A stretch of 64,000 nucleotides of DNA from contig OX597818.1 of assembly GCA_951406725.2 (NCBI GenBank), positions 28,210,001-28,274,000 of the forward strand, given 5' to 3'. Below are positions 11,259 through 22,851 of this stretch, piece after piece. The translations under genes and the position numbers were made by a program. The DNA comes from Octopus vulgaris. Taxonomy: Eukaryota. The notes beneath the pieces were generated by a model that worked only from the letters and a program-made list of their open reading frames with translations, ran no database searches and was not told the origin of the DNA. Positions within the stretch are counted from its first letter, which is position 1, and the number at the start of each line of letters is the position of its first letter.

Positions 11259-13156
11259 TTCTTCTCTGCATAAATTGCATACTCATGATGTTCTGTTATA
11301 TGGAACAGCATCATATCTATAAAAGGGAGGATGTGTGTGTGTGTGTGTGTGTGTACGTGATTGTAATTTATGCATGTCCATAAATTAGCACGCATGTCGC
11401 TCCAATTTTAGGAGGACATTTGTCAACACTCTATCTGGGTTTTGTCAACTTATTTTTTCCCTGAGGCACCTGTGGATAGCGTAAATATCTATTTTCATAC
11501 ATAGCTTTTAGCCACAAAAAATATCGGCCATTGCTTTTTGACAGCGTCGAACAATAAAAAAATAAGATAAAGAAAAGTGGAAGAAGGAGGCAAAGAGTTT
11601 CATGGGAAAGACAAAGTGAGAGAGGGAAAGAGAAAGAGAGTAAGTGATGACGTTCATAAAAAATAAAATGTAAAATGTTTTGTTTTTTGTTTTTGAAAGA
11701 CACTATATTTTATAATCATAGTATATATACTTTCTCACACAACAATTACAATATACTGCATTCCCTTTTGTTTGTTTGTGCGCATGTGTGTGGGTCAGTG
11801 TGTGTGTGTGTGTGTGTGTGCCTATACATGTACGTATGTATGTGTGTGTGTTTGTATGTTAGATATGTAAATAAACAGATCAATATACAGACGGATAGGT
11901 ATATAGACTATATGAACAGATACATATGGAGACACGGATTCACACATATAAATATGGACATCCATACATACAAACATGGTACATAGTTACATAACACACA
12001 CACAGATATGCACACACAAGGAGACAGAGGTGCATATATATACAAACATGCTCACACACACATACACAGAAAATACACAAACACAGACAGGCAAGCACAT
12101 AAATATGCAGGATACGATGAAAAGAGAGGAAAGAATGATAGCTATATGGGGATGGAGGTGTATGTGGTGAAGTTGAACTTATTTTGCACACACATACATA
12201 CATATATACATATGCATACACACACATATATACATACAAACACATGCAAACTCACACATACATACGTACATGTGTGCATGTATAGGCACACACACTGACC
12301 CACACACATGCACACAAACAAACAAAAGGGAACGTAGTGTAAATAATGGACAGAGTCAAAACTATTGAAAAGGTTGCAAGACGCAACGAAAATTTTAGAA
12401 AAATAAAAATAAGAAATAAGTGGAAATTTTACCGGTGAGTGTGTTAAATAATAAGGCGCAAAAAGAAAATGACTCTCCCCAGACATAACAGAATATGCTT
12501 CAACACACGAACTCATATAAAGAATCTTGCAAACCAAATCCCAAAACGAATTACAATATATTTATTTATTTTAAATCGTTCATCTTTCTCCCCCTTCTCT
12601 CTCTCTCTCACACACATTACTTTGGGTGTGAAAGAGTTTTGTTTTTATTTTACGCTGAGTAAAAAAGTGTTTTGTTGACAATCCATTTATTTAACAACAT
12701 AAAAACAAAAAGGTGAGTAATAATTTGTCAGTGAATTACACAATATAAATGGGTACAATTTGCGGGGCTTGCACCACACCCCACTCCATTTCACGGACCA
12801 CAAAAAGGGTTTTGAGGCCAGAGTAGTTGATTCCACGCAAAAAAAAACGATTTTTTTTCTTAGTGAAAATCGTGCAAGTATTAATCTGCAAATTTAACAA
12901 CATTTTTTCCATTCATTTCTGTTTATGAACATGTATGCATGCACAAAACATGCAATAGGTGTACGTACATACGTGTGTGTATGTGTGTTCGTGTCTGTTG
13001 CTCATATATATTTATATTATATTATATATATATAACTAATTTCAACGGATTTCGCCCAAATTTGACGTCTATATTATTTAGTTTGGTTTGAAATAAAGAC
13101 CTTGATTAGCTTAATAATCGTAACTTAATCCCGGGCAAGGCTTGGTTATACTGCTA

Positions 13157-13580
13157 GTTTTTTTTATAATAGACCAGTGGATTGTAAGCTCCACTCCATT
13201 CTGTTTGGGCCTCCAGACAAAGTTCGACAGTGATGCAGAGTGCTTTTTATTGATAGTGGAAAATGATGTGACATGATTATGTAGACAATTTTTCATGTTG
13301 TCTCCAGTGCCACCAATATACGTGTATTTCTGCATATCAGCCTTCACATTTGTAAATTACATTCTTTGTCATTATATCTGCATGACTCTTTACGTCTACA
13401 GTTACATAAAATGTTTATTTCCATTCTCCCTACAGAAAGACATCCTCTTTCCTCTTTCTCTTGTAATTGTGTACTCATTTCCCTTGTGTATGAATTAGAT
13501 CTTTAATTGTGTGGTGTTGTTTGGGTCCAGTTTTGCTATTGATGAGTTTTTATTACCCCTATTTGCAACCATTCCAGGCA
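13157..13580 (-). mobile_element. Penelope-like GIY-YIG fragment
   Basis: ORF 13111-13347 YIGGTGDNMKNCLHNHVTSF...SLSNFVW...WSII. Confidence 0.7.
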
Positions 13581-13998
13581 AATACACAAATGTATTTCAG
13601 TAAACATATCTGTGAATGGCTTCTCTTAATGGTAACATCACCACCTTTAAATATCAATAGAATATTGAAGTGACAGAAATAGTACAATACTGTACAAAAT
13701 ATTGACAGAACTAAATTTAATGTTTGGACATTCTAATATTACATCCCAATCAAGTAAATATTGTCCAATCAGCCTATCAATAAGTACTACTTTTACATAA
13801 TTATTAGCATTATGCTTATAGAATATAATTCTGGGTGCCACTTTACTGAGGAAGTCTCTTTCCAAACATTAACTTTGAAAATCAACCAAAATTATTCTTT
13901 GTTTCATCTTGTTCATAGCAAATAGATTCATTAGACAATACTTGTCTTTTTCCCAATACATGAATGCGAGGATGGAGAATATATACTCTACATGCACA

Positions 13999-15514
13999 GT
14001 GGCTGATGTACCTGGCTTTTGTCAACATGGAGAAAGCCTTTGATAGGGTACCCGACTCCCTTATCTGGTGGTCAATGTGATAGCTAGGGATAGATGAAAG
14101 GTTAATGAGAATGGTAAAGCCATGTGTAGGAATGCTGCAAATAAGGTGAAGGTGAGCAATGAGTGTAGCAATAAGTTTATTGTACATGTTGGAGTCTACA
14201 AAGGCTCAGTTATCTGTCTCCTCCTGTTTATTTTAGTCCTTCAAGCTTTAATAGTGGAATTAAAGACCTACTGTCCCTGGGAGCTCCTCTACGCTGATGA
14301 CCTTGTTCTTATAGCTAAATCACTACCTGACCTAAAGAAGAAATTTCAGATGTGGAAACAAGGTCTGGAATCTAATGGCCTTAGAGTTAATCTATCAAAA
14401 AAAAAAATTCTAATAAGTAGGAAAACAAGCAAATCACAAGTCCTTTCTGGGAGATGGTCCTACTCAATATGTAAGAATGGTGTCAGTAGAAACTCCATAC
14501 ACTGCAATTGTTTGACACATAAGAGGTATAGTGGAATCACAAGAAATTAAATGGAGAATATAGTCTTTGTGTGTGACAAATGTACAAGTACAATAAGCAC
14601 TAAATATGCACAGACAATAAGCTCCCTCAAATACATAGAGGGAACATCAAAAGTAGTAGACAGCTTCTGTTATCTAACAGACCAAGTTAGCGGCGGTGGA
14701 AGAAGTTCTGAAAGTGTAGTTACTAGGATAAGCATGGGCTGGGCAAAGTTCAGAGAGCTTCTACCATCATTGGTAACAAAGAGCTCCTCCCTCAGAGTGA
14801 AAGGCAGACTGTATGATGCCTGTGTACATTGAACTATATTACATAGTAGTCAAACATGGACTTTGCCTACAAAGCACTTGCAAAGTATTGAAAGAAATGA
14901 AGCTAGCATGATCTGTTGGATGGGTAATGTTAGGTACATGCACAACAAAATGTAAATGATTTAAGAGGATAAGAGGGATCAGATGTTGGGGATAAGAGGC
15001 ATCAGATGTTGTGTGCAAGAGAGAAGACTGCACCAGTTTGGTCGTGTGATGAGTAGGAATGAGGATAGCCATGTAAAGAAGTGCTGAGATCTAAATGTGG
15101 AGGGACTTATGGAAGGAGTTGACACCAGAAGACATGGGACACAGTGGTGAGAAAAGATTTCCAGACCATGGGCCTTACTGAGGAAATGACAAGGTGGTGA
15201 TTTGCTGTACTTGATAAGAGACATCAAGCTAAGAAAAATCACTGTCTTCCATACATGCAGGTTTGTCTTTTCAGGTGCTGATGCCATTTAAAATGCACCT
15301 GTGCGCTAGCTGCATTAATGCACCTGTGCCAGTGCAGCATAAATGTACCTGTGCTGTTAGTACATAAAAAGTACCCAATACACTCTGTTAAAGCCATAGA
15401 AACCATACCACAACATAGAGTTGGTATCTGGAAAACTCCCTGCTAACCATCTCCATGTCAAACCATCCAAACTATGACAGCATAGAAAGCAGGCATTAAA
15501 TGATGATGATGATG
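13999..15514 (+). mobile_element. Degraded RTE LINE (RT C-terminal half and 3' UTR)
   Basis: YLAFVNMEKAFDRVP, LLYADDLVL, RVKGRLYDACV; (GAT)n tail at ~15500. Confidence 0.9.
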
Positions 15515-15762
15515 TTTATATGTAAAATATATGATATATTTTATTATTATTATTTTTAAAGACTTTCTGCACAACATCAAAATAATTAAAATATCCTCTC
15601 CAAACAATAAATATGCCCATTTTTTATTTTATTTCCTGAAGTTATATAAGTTCAGTATGCTGAAGTTAGTGAGCCCAAATATGCATGTAAGTAGAATCAG
15701 TGTTGCTAGTTGACAGTTTGATCTCAGAAATATTAAATAAAAAAAGAAAGCTAACAATCATA

Positions 15763-15794
<32 letters not shown>

Positions 15795-15796
<2 letters not shown>

Positions 15797-16226
15797 TTTT
15801 ATTTGTTTCAGTCATTTGACTGCAGACATGCTGGAACACCACCTTTAGTTGAGCAAATCAACCCTAGGACTTATTCTTTGTAAGCCTAGTACTTATTCTA
15901 TCGGTCTCTTTTGCCGAACCACTAAGTTACGGGGACATAAAATAACCAGCATTGGTTGTCAATCAATGTTGGGAGACAAACATAGACACACAAATATATA
16001 TACACACATGCATATATATATATATGTGTGTGTGTGTATATATGTGTGTGTGTGTGTATATATGTGTGTGTGTGTGTGTGATGGGCTTCTTTCAGTTTCC
16101 GTCTACCAAATCCAGTCACAAGGCTTTGATTGGCTTGAGGCTATAATAGAAAACACTTGCCTAAGGTGCCACATAGTGGGACTGAACCCGGAACCACGTG
16201 GTTGGTAAGCAAGCTACCTACCACAC
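15795..16226 (-). mobile_element. tRNA-derived SINE
   Basis: Homologous to 768-1150. Confidence 0.85.
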
Positions 16227-16504
16227 ACACGCAAAAGACAGAGATGAAAAAAGCACAGAAGTAAATCTAAGATATTTCAATTTAGAAAGTATTTAATAAG
16301 ATGATTTAAAAATATAGAATATTACTAATTTTGATGAAGAATCTCATCTTATCAAATATTAGTAAAAATTCATAAAAGTTTGGGGTAAAAACAGTTTATC
16401 TTCTCTTTGGAAGTCAAAAACATGTCTGGTGTCTTTTCATTGTCTATTTTAAATATTGTTTGGTAAAGAGTTCAAGGTGTTCAAGAGGGGGTGTAGTTAT
16501 CTAT

Positions 16505-16632
16505 TCATCATCATCGTTTAACGTCCGTTTTCCATGCTGGCATGGGTTGGACAGTTTAACTGGGGACTGGCGAGCCAGTTGGCTGCACCAGGCTCCAATC
16601 TGATCTGGCAGAGTTTCTACAGCTGGATGCCC
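16505..16632 (-). mobile_element. RTE 3' tail fragment
   Basis: catcatcgtttaacgtccgttttccatgct.. as at 4273 and 22852. Confidence 0.8.
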
Positions 16633-16639
16633 CTGTGGG

Positions 16640-19051
16640 TTCCTGCCAAAAGAGTGGTTTAAAAGTATTTATTGAATGGGTTTGAGTGTGTTCGTGTGTG
16701 TATTGTGTTGAATGTCTTTCCAACATGTTTGCTATGTGACCAGCTGTGTGCTGATGGGTTGTGATGAATGTCTTGTTTAAAGACAAAATTAAGATTTTCC
16801 TTCTTTGGGTTTGACATTTTCATTTGAGTGTCTCCACCTGTGTGTAGGTGTGTGTGTTTGTTTTTTGCAATGTTTTCTTGTGTGTGTGTGTGTGCAGGCA
16901 TATATATATATATATACATATGCCTGCACACACACATATATATATAGAGAAGTCCATTCCTGCACGGGTTGCAGTGTGATTGCTTAAAGAGATTTTCTTT
17001 GTATTTTTGTCTCAGATTTGTTGGCAATGGGTCATCATTCTGTTGCATAGCGATCCACCTGCCTGACCTATGTAATTATGCTGGCAACCATTGCATGTGA
17101 TTACATTGATCAGGTTTTCTGTGTTGCAAGTGAGATTAAATTCTGGTCCCTCAAGAGCCACATTTTGTAACAGTTGGATTAGGGATTTTTTTGTGTATTT
17201 TTGCCTCTAGTGAGAATGAGTTTTAGTGTTTTGTGTGCCTTTTGATTTTGATGATTTATTGTTTTTCTACGATTTTCCTCATTTTTTCATTTGTAAATAA
17301 GATGGTGAGGTTTTTGTGATAAAATATTTTGGTGTTTCTGGGATTGAAGGTTGACATGAATGGTATGACATTTTTCCTTCTTTTGTTTTTGTTTTCCTAA
17401 GTTCATTGTTTCGCCTCGTTTATTCCATTGATATTTATGTTAAGAGGGAAGGCTCTTTGAATAAGTGTGTCCTTCAGTTCCTCTAGTTTTTGTTCACATG
17501 TGGATGGTTCTGATACTGTGGTGCAAATTCATTTTGCTAGGTTGAAGTGAATGTTGGGTTTTGGTGTGTTTCAGATGACATGATGTAAAAAGAAGGTATT
17601 GTTTGGAGTCAGTAGGTTTGTAGAATATGTCCGTTTTTATTCATCCATCTTGGTTTGTGATAAGGATAGCCAGAAAGGCGAATTCTTTGGGGTTAAACTT
17701 TATTGTGAATTGGATGTTATTGCAGAGGTCGTTTAACATATTTTAAAATTCAGTTAGCTTGTCAATGTTTTCCTCCCATAAGATAAAGCAACCATCCAAA
17801 TATTTTTTCTGATTGTTTCTGAGTTGCATATGGAACGTGTCACTGAATATTAGAAGAGATTGGTTGTAGATCTTTTTCAATGCATGTTGGAATTTTAGAC
17901 TGATGAGTGTCTAACCAGTACTGGATTGCAGTTATTGCATAATCATAGCGACTGTTGATGTACAGGCTGACAACATCAAATGAAGTAAAAATTGTATGTT
18001 TATCTACCATTTTTGGTAGATGATTTTGCATGTCAATGTCATCTCGTATGTAGCTCTGTAAATGGTTTAGGAATGGTTTTAGAAGGATGTCCAAGAAGTT
18101 ATGGGTCTGTGTATTTCTCATGCCAGGCCAGCTATGATTGGTCTCAATTTTAGATCATCTGGAGGTATTAACTGTATATATTTGTTCATAATGTATTCAT
18201 AGTAGGAATCTAGTACTTTATTTAAAACTCATTCTCATTGAAACAAAAACGCACAAGGAAACCCCCAACCCAAGTGTCACAAAATGCGGAAGAACAAACT
18301 ATGGCATTTTCCATTAACTGATGGTCAAACCTTCAAAGTTTAATCCAATCTCACCTGCAACATGGGAAACCTGATCTATGTCATCTCATGCAATGATTGC
18401 CAACAAAAGAAAACATCACAAAACACATATACACAAAAGAAAACATTGCAAAAAAACACACACACAAACACACATGTACGCTCACACACACATACACACA
18501 AAAGAAAACATTGTAAAAAACACACACACAAACACACACATGTACACTCACACACACATACACAAAAAAAAGAAAACAGAGAAAACACATGCACAAACAC
18601 AAACACATACACACGAAAATGTAAACAAAGAAGACACAAGCACATACACAAACACATACACACATATACACACCAAAGCAAACATCACATCACTAAAACA
18701 CACATACACTCACACACACACCTCTGCACACATACAGAAACACACACAAACACTTACACACACACACACATTCACTCATACAGACACATAGGTACAAAAG
18801 AAAACATCACAAAAACACACAGACATACACACCTCTGCACTCACACACATACACACAAAACAAAAAATTGCAAAAACACACTCACATGTCTGCAAACACA
18901 CACATGCACTCACACATACATACAAAAGAAAACATCACAAAACACACACACACCTCTGCAGACACACACACACACACCTCTGCAGACACACACACACACC
19001 ACACACACCGCTGCAAACACACACACACAAACACCTACACATACACCTCTG

Positions 19052-19089
<38 letters not shown>

Positions 19090-19160
19090 AAAGAAAACAT
19101 CACAAAAAGAACACACACACCTCTGCACACACAGAACATATTTAAAACATAGTTTTTAAT
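16640..19160. mobile_element. Degraded Penelope-like element (minus, ~16640-18180) with an inverted copy of its 3' region (plus, ~18190-19160)
   Basis: ORF 17840-18121 SYIRDDID..SFDVVSLY; NLTCNTENLINVITCNGC..YIG on minus near 17060-17140 and NLTCNMGNLIYVISCNDC on plus near 18345-18400. Confidence 0.75.
18400..19135 (+). repeat. AC-rich compound satellite
   Basis: Recurrent caaaagaaaacat(c/t)..aaaa(ca)n cctctgca(ca)n units. Confidence 0.9.
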
Positions 19161-20383
19161 ACATGACTTCTTCATTAAGGAAATATTATAAAAGAAGAAA
19201 AATCAATAAAACAGTTTGATTTCAAATACAGTATTAAGAATAACAATAATTACAATATGAAAGGACAACTTTCTACTTTCACTGTAATATCATATACTCT
19301 ATATTTTATACTAGCTGCTATGTTCTACACCTCTACGCACTAAAGATAGCCCTACTGAAAACAACAAAGAAATTGGATAAATCCAAAAATCTATTTTGCT
19401 TTAATTTTTTTGATATTGGTTATATCAAGACATTATATTAAAACATTTATTTTGAAATGAGTTTCATACTGTCCTTTTAAGTTTTGTTTTCTTGAAAGTA
19501 GAGAGGGCCACAAGCAAACAAAACAAAGACGTAATTTAAGACAATGGACATGACCCTAGTAAATTGAATGAAATAAATAAGAAGCAAAGCTGGTGGACAT
19601 AAAAGTTAAATCACTATGTGGGAATGAACTGAGCATGGATTTAAAAAGAATATTTCAAAATTTAGTAATGAAGTGGCTTGTTTCACTATTGAATTTGTGT
19701 TATTAGCTGTATTATAATAGTTAACACACTATGAAATCATGAGGAAGAGGTTCAATTCTTATAATTTTTTCACTTTCATATTTTTTTTTTTGTTTGCATC
19801 TATAATTAATTTATGGCATGCTCTTAAAATCTATATTAAAATCTACAGAGTGTGTGCGTGTGTGAATAATCACCATAAATTGGATTGAATGTTAGATATT
19901 CATAACAGCTCTCATTTGCTATACATCCATTGTTCATTTACTGATCATTAATTAGGAGCAAGTGTTTGATTTTAGGCTGTGATTTTATACAAAACATATA
20001 GAAATTGTAAATAAAATGGCACCGGAAATTTTGTAACAGTCTCTCTTTTTATGTTAAAAGCTTTGTGTTTGTGAGACCTAATAGTAAAACTTTTAGAACT
20101 TATTGCCCTAACCAATCAATGTTTACATTATTGTAAATTATGGTAATATTTACATCTTTTAATATAATTTCTGAGATCATCATACTAATTGCTCTTCCTT
20201 ATGAAGAGCTTTGTTTGTGCACCTAGTTTCAAAGTTCCAATCATTCTAGTATTTAAGCAAGCATGTTCTGGTATTTAACTATTTTTATGCCAAGCATTTT
20301 CACAAACACTAAGCATTAAATATTTAAGAGATCAGGATCTCATGTTAACATCTCATGTACATTTTTATTCTTTTATTTTTCAG

Positions 20384-20484
20384 ATTACCAGTGAAGGGCC
20401 ACATTTTTCAGATGAACTAACACCTAGAACCTTGTAGTATAGTATATAGCACCTTCTAGAAGTGAATGAAGTCTTGTGAGCAAT
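20384..20484 (+). other. Candidate 101-nt non-coding (UTR/lncRNA) exon
   Basis: Strong acceptor tttttattcttttatttttcag| and donor AAT|gtaagt; stops in all three frames. Confidence 0.4.
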
Positions 20485-20959
20485 GTAAGTCAGTCTCGTT
20501 ATTATTTTATGGACACTGTTTGCAAGCACTACAGACTTGGACAAAATATTTCATATTACCAAAACATTATTGATTTCTGTTTATTCTGTAACTGCATAGC
20601 TTTTGTACTCACAGTTTTAATAAATTCTTGATTTATTTTTAAACTTCATAAATGTCTATCTATAACTAAACATTTGAACCAGACACAACAAAATTTGTTT
20701 CAACGCACAAATTCACACAAGAGTCTTGCAAACAAGATACAAAAATGAAATATCATGATGTTTTTCTTATTGCTTATTTATTTCTAGTTTATTTTCTAAT
20801 TCTCTATATATCAAATATGTTACCACAAGTTTCTATTTGTTTTCTTAACTAGAAACTATCTAAAAGTATATCTATGAATTTCATATCTTTAATGAGACAA
20901 AGATTTGGGTTTTTTTTTATAATATTACAAAAGAATGTAAATAGGGGCTTTTCATTATC

Positions 20960-21845
20960 TTCACCATCATCATTTAATGTCTGTTGTCCATAGGATGGAT
21001 GGTTTGATCAGGGCTAGCTAGCTGGAAGGCTGCATCAGACTCCAGTCTGATCTGATATGGTTTTCTGTGGCTAGATGCCCTTCCTAATGCTAACCACTCC
21101 AAGAGTGTAATGGGTGTTTTTATGTGCCACCGGCACGGGTACCATTTGTGTGACACCAGTACCTGCTATGACTACAGTTTTACTTGGTTTTATGTGTTTT
21201 CTTCTCAGGCATGACATAATGCCAAAAGTCTTGATCATTGCCTCTGTGAGGCCAAACACCTGAAAGGAGCTCACCAACTTTGCCTCCATAAGGCTTAATG
21301 TTTGAAAGGTGCTTTTTACATGCCAGTGGCATGGGTGCCAATAATGTGACACCAGCATCAGCTATGACTATGATTTCACTTGGCTTGATGGGTCCTCTCA
21401 AGCACAGCACATTGCTAAAAGTCTTGGACACAAGTCATTACTACCTCTATGAGGACCAAAGTTCAAAGATCATACTTCACCACCTTGTCCCATGTCTTCC
21501 TGGGTCTACCTCTACTATAGGTTCCCTACACAGCTGTCCTTGTCCATATACATCACATTTGATGCCTCTTATTCCCAACTTGTCTCTCAAGGAGCTTACA
21601 CTCTGCTGAACATGCACACTGACATTGCATATCCAGCAAAGCATACTTGCTTCATTTCTTTCAAGCCTATGCATGTCCTTGACTGTTATAGCCCATGTTT
21701 CACTGCCATGCAGCACTGCTGTTTGCACACAGGCATCATACAATCTGCCTTTCACTCTGAGAGAGAGAGACCTTTTGTTGCCAGTAGAAGTAAGAGCTCT
21801 CTGAACTTTGCCCAGCCTAATCTTATTCTCACAGCTATGCTTTTT
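20960..21845 (-). mobile_element. Degraded RTE LINE 3' fragment
   Basis: ORF 21477-21755 KGRLYDACVQTAVLHGSETW. Confidence 0.88.
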
Positions 21846-22851
21846 GTTATAATTTGGTCACTTGATCAATTCATCTTCTGTTTGTGTGTGTGTGTGTGTG
21901 TAGAGTGTGTGTGTGTGAGTGTGTAATGTGTGTTTGTACGTGCATGAGAGAGAGAAGAGTGAGTGAGTGTGTGAATGAGTGTGAGAGTTAGTGAAATGAC
22001 CTTGTAAAAGGGTACAAATTGAAAATTTTAAATTTGTTATTTTCATAAGATACATAATTTTTCTGTATGAATTTTCAGTTCATATTATATTCTATGTTCT
22101 ATTGATTTCACTGCTAGAAAACGATAATTTTTTCTTCAATTTTACATTCATTTTTTCATGCATGTAACACAATATCTGCAATAAGATTTGAATTTATGAC
22201 TAAGTGATCACTACTTCAGTACATTTACCTTATGTTTCTTTTCACTTTACCAATATTTCTCTGCCTTCATGTTGTTTAACACTTATATTATTGTATGATT
22301 TTTAACTCAGTAAATAAAGGCGAATTATACTTTCTTTAAATATTATTTTATCTTTTCTGTTAACCATTTCAATAGAATTTGAATTAACTTTTTAGTTAGT
22401 TCATATGCATGAGTATATACATATGCATATGTATATTTTCTGAGATTTTTTTCTAGTTTTCCTTCTAGCTAATCTAAGTGCCTTTTGGACACATTTTTCT
22501 ATTATGCAATCAACAAAGACTTCCTCCATGGTTATGCTTTCCATGTGTATTGCTAAAATGTAAGTCCCCCACCCAAACAAATTACATCTCATATTTGAGG
22601 CTCCAATGAACCTATATTAAGGCACTCAACTCAGAGTCCTCTGTAACTTATAGTACAAACAGCTGTAATCTAATGAAGTTCATAACATAACCATCATTTT
22701 TCCTGTGTCATCTCTTTTTCTTGTTCCTACTCTATACTAACATTTTCTTGTGAAACATAAGTTCAACACCAAGTCATTAGTCTCACAATGTCTAAGTGAA
22801 ATGTATGTATGTATGTATGTATGTATGTATGTATGTATGTGTGTGTATATA

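Larger units (their letters stand above)
570..13995 (+). repeat. Degenerate tandem array of ~1.5-kb intron/micro-exon cassettes, interrupted by TEs
   Basis: Homologous blocks at ~3305-3830, 7860-8640, 9405-10400 and 13583-13995 share aatggtaaca..tttaaatatc..gtgacagaaata..tttactgagga..aaatta(c/t)tctttgtttc; 570-745 matches 9125-9295; 4030-4085 matches 9080-9135. Confidence 0.85.

Noticed and set aside
13020-13156. Non-autonomous Helitron 3' end (cccgggcaaggcttgg..CTAG)
   Set aside because: Hairpin degenerate and 5' end not identifiable
18362-19159. 265-aa His/Thr-rich ORF and other YIYI/CVCV ORFs (e.g. 11675-12537)
   Set aside because: Translations of AC/AT microsatellites
22401-22592. Short basic ORF (..KALRLARRKTRKK)
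   Set aside because: No recognisable domain or paired splice sites
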